From Clostridia bacterium (lineage in GTDB: Bacteria; Bacillota; Clostridia; UBA1212; DUPL01), in NCBI GenBank assembly GCA_050951325.1, contig JBMNIW010000004.1, positions 32,001 to 96,000 of the forward strand: 64,000 nt of DNA, read 5' to 3'. This document shows positions 60,664 through 64,000 of the stretch, in pieces; the first letter of the stretch is position 1; every line of letters starts with the position of its first letter. The translations under genes and the position numbers were made by a program. The notes below the pieces were generated by a model. It was not told where the DNA came from, did not search any database, and worked only from the letters and a program-made list of their open reading frames with translations.

Positions 60664-61866
60664 TTAATTAATTGGTGCAGTTCCAACCTTTACCGCATGC
60701 ACAACGAAACGTCCGTCATTGTAATTGTACCTGTGACAGGTGGAAAGAGTCAGTATGTCGTCCCTTGAAGACAGAACAATGTCGGTTTTTACCACTGATT
60801 TCTTCTGCAATCCTCTGGCAAATTTAAGAAAAGCCTCAGGGGTTGAAAAATATGTTTGGATGTAATAATCATCCGTGGTGGTTTCGTAAGCAGAAAATAT
60901 TTTCCAAACGGTGACACCTTCTTTTGTATAGGTGTAAAGGTACTGGTGCTTGAAAAATACTTCCTCTTTCTGATAATACTTGAGCTTGCCAAACATGTTT
61001 CCGTTTCTCATGTTGTGCCCATATATTATATTATTACTCCCAATTTTATTGTCCTTGCCTGAACTTGATATCCTTTCAGGCCTGTTTCTGTAGTCAAGGA
61101 ACAGCGAACCTGATGATCTATGCTCCTTGTCTATGTCTCTCTTCAGATAAAACTCGTTGTCATTGGCTTGAAGGACATAGTAATCTATCTCTGCCCCTTC
61201 ACCATAAAGCCACATTACAAAATCACTGTTTCTTGCTTCATTCTCCAGCAAGGACTGCAAAGTGGCCACCTGTGGATATGTAATTCTTGGGGGAGTCGCC
61301 ATTGGATACTCAGGGATCTCCCTGTCAGGAGTAACTTCTATCAAGCTGCCCTTACCTATATTATACTGCTCCCTTATCCTGATCATATGTTCATGGTCCG
61401 CCACATATCCATAAATCTGCTCACCAATCATTCCAAGAGCAAAAAGCATTACCGCAAGTGCAACGGATCTGCCAAACTTGTAAAACAAGAGATTCAGTTT
61501 TCTTCTCTCTCTTTCCTTGGCAGACAATTTCCTTTTCTTTTTCTTGGGAGTTATTACTTTTACGGCAATATTTTCATTAAAATCTACAAGATTTCCTCTG
61601 TCAGGCACTAAAAAATGAGGAGGAAAATCAAACATGAGGTTTTGTCCTTCCTTCAGCCTGAAAACCTTTGATTTACTGATGGAAGTTCCCTCTTCAAGTT
61701 GCTTGTTCAAAACTTCCTCGTGTTTAAGGACATCACGAATCTCTATCTCGACTTCATCTGCCAGCTTGTCGAAATATGAATCTCCCTCGTGTATCTTCTC
61801 TATCTTTGCCATCTTATTTATATCATCCAACGTCTTCTCAACATCTTCATTATTCATATCGTGCAT
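60664..61866 (-). CDS. Class B sortase with long cytoplasmic N-terminal region
   Basis: NEFYL, GSLFLDYR, IIYGHNM..G.MFG.L, LTLSTC and R.VVHA motifs; one TM preceded by a basic stretch; start ATG 61866. Confidence 0.9.
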   Translation of the reverse strand: MHDMNNEDVEKTLDDINKMAKIEKIHEGDSYFDKLADEVEIEIRDVLKHEEVLNKQLEEGTSISKSKVFRLKEGQNLMFDFPPHFLVPDRGNLVDFNENIAVKVITPKKKKRKLSAKERERRKLNLLFYKFGRSVALAVMLFALGMIGEQIYGYVADHEHMIRIREQYNIGKGSLIEVTPDREIPEYPMATPPRITYPQVATLQSLLENEARNSDFVMWLYGEGAEIDYYVLQANDNEFYLKRDIDKEHRSSGSLFLDYRNRPERISSSGKDNKIGSNNIIYGHNMRNGNMFGKLKYYQKEEVFFKHQYLYTYTKEGVTVWKIFSAYETTTDDYYIQTYFSTPEAFLKFARGLQKKSVVKTDIVLSSRDDILTLSTCHRYNYNDGRFVVHAVKVGTAPIN

Positions 61867-61920
61867 GAATATCTCCCCAATATAGATTCGATATATATAA
61901 TATACAAAACGAGGCAAAAA

Positions 61921-62190
61921 ATCAAACAGAATAAAGTTACCAAAACGTGCTGTAGGTATACAGATACTGGTTTTGTAAGAAAATTTCCTCTTTCCGGTAC
62001 ATCTTGAGCCTGAAGAACATGATAATTCAGCTCTGTGCCTTCCTCCTCCAATGTTTCAACGCCATCATGTGTTCATGGTCAGCACATACCCATATATCTG
62101 CTCACTTATCATTGCAAGAGAAAAATTTGTAGAACATCATGTTTAAAAAATAATATTCTGTCCTTCCTTAAGTCTGAAAACTTTCACCAT
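61921..62190 (-). pseudogene. Collapsed pseudogene paralog of the adjacent class B sortase
   Basis: Colinear fragments KVFRLKEGQN, MFYKF, MISEQIYGYV/DHEHM, EGTELNYHVLQAQD, EEIFLQNQYLYTY and W*LYS match the sortase, with stops, frameshifts and large deletions. Confidence 0.85.
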
Positions 62191-62260
62191 ATCACTCCAA
62201 CTTATTAACTGAATATCATGATACACTATGAACCAGGAAAAATCAAACTATTGAGCACAA

Positions 62261-62968
62261 CTAAATATGGAACTTCTTCCTCATTTCATCCTTTACCCTC
62301 TTTTTCCTTTCAACTACAAGCATAACCAAAGATACAAGGACAAGAGGCACGAACACTATCAGTGACCACTGAAGTTGAACATTGTCGTCCATATACATGT
62401 CTGTAACAATTTCAATAACCACCACCATGAGAGCAGTAAAGCTGAAGAAAAACGCCATCATTTTCAATACCCCAAACACCACATACTTTGCAGCCAGTAT
62501 AATGATTAGTATGAAAAACGATGCACAGATAACAATCGGCAGCGCAAGAGACATAAACCATCCCTTTACCGGCACTATTTTCTCTATAAGCCAGAGGCCT
62601 AAACTCAGCGAAATTGTTCCTATTAAAAGGGATATTACATCTCTGTGCTTCCTCACCACAATAGGCGGCAGTACAAATGACCATAGAACACCCATTGCAA
62701 TTGCCACATACAAGGACCAGGTTGCCTTTTCACTGATGACGTAATCGACAATCACACAGGTTAAAGCAGGAAGAAAAGACAAAATGGTCGCAAGAAGGGC
62801 AGTCATCATCCTGTTTTCTGCCGGCAGGACGATATCATATCTTCTTGGGTAAGCCCTCTCCGCATTCTCATTGTAAGGCTTTCTGGGATTGACAACCTTC
62901 GTGTCACATAATGGACAATGGCTTTCTGATTCTCTTAATTCAACACCACAATTGACACAGTATGACAT
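62261..62968 (-). CDS. Zinc-ribbon + multi-TM membrane protein (DUF6320-like)
   Basis: YCVNCGVEL....CPLC, about 6 TMs, WS.YV and C-terminal RKKFHI motifs. Confidence 0.8.
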   Translation of the reverse strand: MSYCVNCGVELRESESHCPLCDTKVVNPRKPYNENAERAYPRRYDIVLPAENRMMTALLATILSFLPALTCVIVDYVISEKATWSLYVAIAMGVLWSFVLPPIVVRKHRDVISLLIGTISLSLGLWLIEKIVPVKGWFMSLALPIVICASFFILIIILAAKYVVFGVLKMMAFFFSFTALMVVVIEIVTDMYMDDNVQLQWSLIVFVPLVLVSLVMLVVERKKRVKDEMRKKFHI

Positions 62969-62970
62969 GT

Positions 62971-63999
62971 TTATTCACCCTCATAATTTTTATTGCTTTC
63001 AATTTTTACAGGTATGCCCATTTTGACAAGAGAGGTAAAAAAGTCCCTCTCCACATCACTGTCAATCAGCTTGCTGGTAAATGTAATGTTCAACTTATCT
63101 TTGAACCCCACTGCAGAAACAGCATGGGCATTGTTTCTCTGCCTGTTAAGTATGAAGTCAAACCTTTCCACATAAGGCATCATTTCATCGGGAAGGTTCA
63201 TCTTTCCGATGTTGCTGAAAGTACATGTGGTAAGGGATTCTCCATACATTCTGTAGGCCATAAGCATTCCAAAATTCTTTATAAACAAAGGCAGAATCTT
63301 CAAGAAAGGATTCCTTTCGCTTGAAATGTTTGTACTCATCATTGCATTCATGTTCTTCTCATTTATGTTTAATCCCATGAAATGATGCACCTGCGTTACT
63401 ATCTCCTCAAAGGTATAGTTTCCGTAGGCCGGATCCACCCCGGGATTCGCATACAATACAAAATTTCTAAATGTCTTGCTTGGATAAAAAGCTCTTAAGT
63501 TCACAGGAATGCATATCTTTACAGGTTTCTTTTTTCTTGCACCTTCCCTTTCCTGCCTGTCCAAAAAGCATTTAATAAGCAATGCACACAAAAACTCTGT
63601 TATTGTAACCTTGTACTCTTTTGTCTTTTCGGAAAGCTTTCTAAGATTTATCTGTCCCGTAATTATCTTTATCTCGTTGTACTTAAGCTCGACACCTTTA
63701 GGATGATATGCTTTCCTTTCCTTCCTCGGCTTGTTTACCCTGAAGGAAGCATATTTTTGATATGAATCCTCCATTTCATCATCCGAAGGCTTCTCATTTA
63801 TATCCAGAACTCCATGAGCATTTGGTATTTCAACTCCGCCCAATTTGAGATAATTGGCAGCAAGAGTTTTAAGAAACAGCATGGAGCTGTTTCCATCCGC
63901 AATAACATGGAACATCTCAACTGCTATTCGTCTTTCATAATATCTGACCCTGAACAGAAAGCGGTTCTTGTTCGTTCTAAACCTTCTTAAAGGATTTGC
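62971..63999 (-). CDS. Alcohol acetyltransferase / condensation-fold CoA-dependent acyltransferase, 5' end beyond window
   Basis: Frame open to the window edge; HVIADG (HxxxDG), PVNLR..YPS.TFRNF and SNIG motifs. Confidence 0.85.
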   Translation of the reverse strand, partial: ANPLRRFRTNKNRFLFRVRYYERRIAVEMFHVIADGNSSMLFLKTLAANYLKLGGVEIPNAHGVLDINEKPSDDEMEDSYQKYASFRVNKPRKERKAYHPKGVELKYNEIKIITGQINLRKLSEKTKEYKVTITEFLCALLIKCFLDRQEREGARKKKPVKICIPVNLRAFYPSKTFRNFVLYANPGVDPAYGNYTFEEIVTQVHHFMGLNINEKNMNAMMSTNISSERNPFLKILPLFIKNFGMLMAYRMYGESLTTCTFSNIGKMNLPDEMMPYVERFDFILNRQRNNAHAVSAVGFKDKLNITFTSKLIDSDVERDFFTSLVKMGIPVKIESNKNYEGE

Positions 64000-64000
64000 A

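Noticed and set aside
61854-62051. 65-aa ORF upstream of the sortase
   Set aside because: Explained as one frame of the sortase pseudogene fragments, not an independent gene
1-64000. CRISPR arrays, tRNA/rRNA, transposases, integrases and defence systems
   Set aside because: No regularly spaced repeats or matching motifs seen; intergenic gaps are short and mostly explained

Overview
Chromosomal window from a spore-forming Clostridia-like Firmicute, based on spoVB, yabP/yabQ, divIC, dnaD, the L20 leader and sigmaE/G/K-like promoters. It is mostly core genes: potABCD with an XRE-cupin regulator, infC-rpmI-rplT, mltG-trmR-trhP, zapA-U32-dut-ispF, rpsB-tsf-pyrH, pckG, rsmA-yabE-tatD, hflX, rpmE, rho and dnaD/dnaC-like. 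Small accessory blocks are a SASA esterase plus UroD-like pair, a partial L-FucNAc polysaccharide cluster, and a GH127/CBM/AraC carbohydrate locus. I saw no mobile elements, CRISPR arrays, tRNA or rRNA, and no clear-cut new multi-gene system. The best leads are: (1) a 270-bp collapsed paralog of the sortase B gene directly upstream of it; (2) an A9 tract that would fuse a CBM protein and GH127 into one two-TM-anchored protein; (3) an unannotated 42-aa Cys-rich ORF behind a sigmaK-like promoter; (4) an intact JAMM/MPN+ motif in the HflX N-terminal extension; (5) a lipoprotein whose signal peptide is broken by a 1-nt frameshift. Family calls come from motif recognition only; no searches were run.
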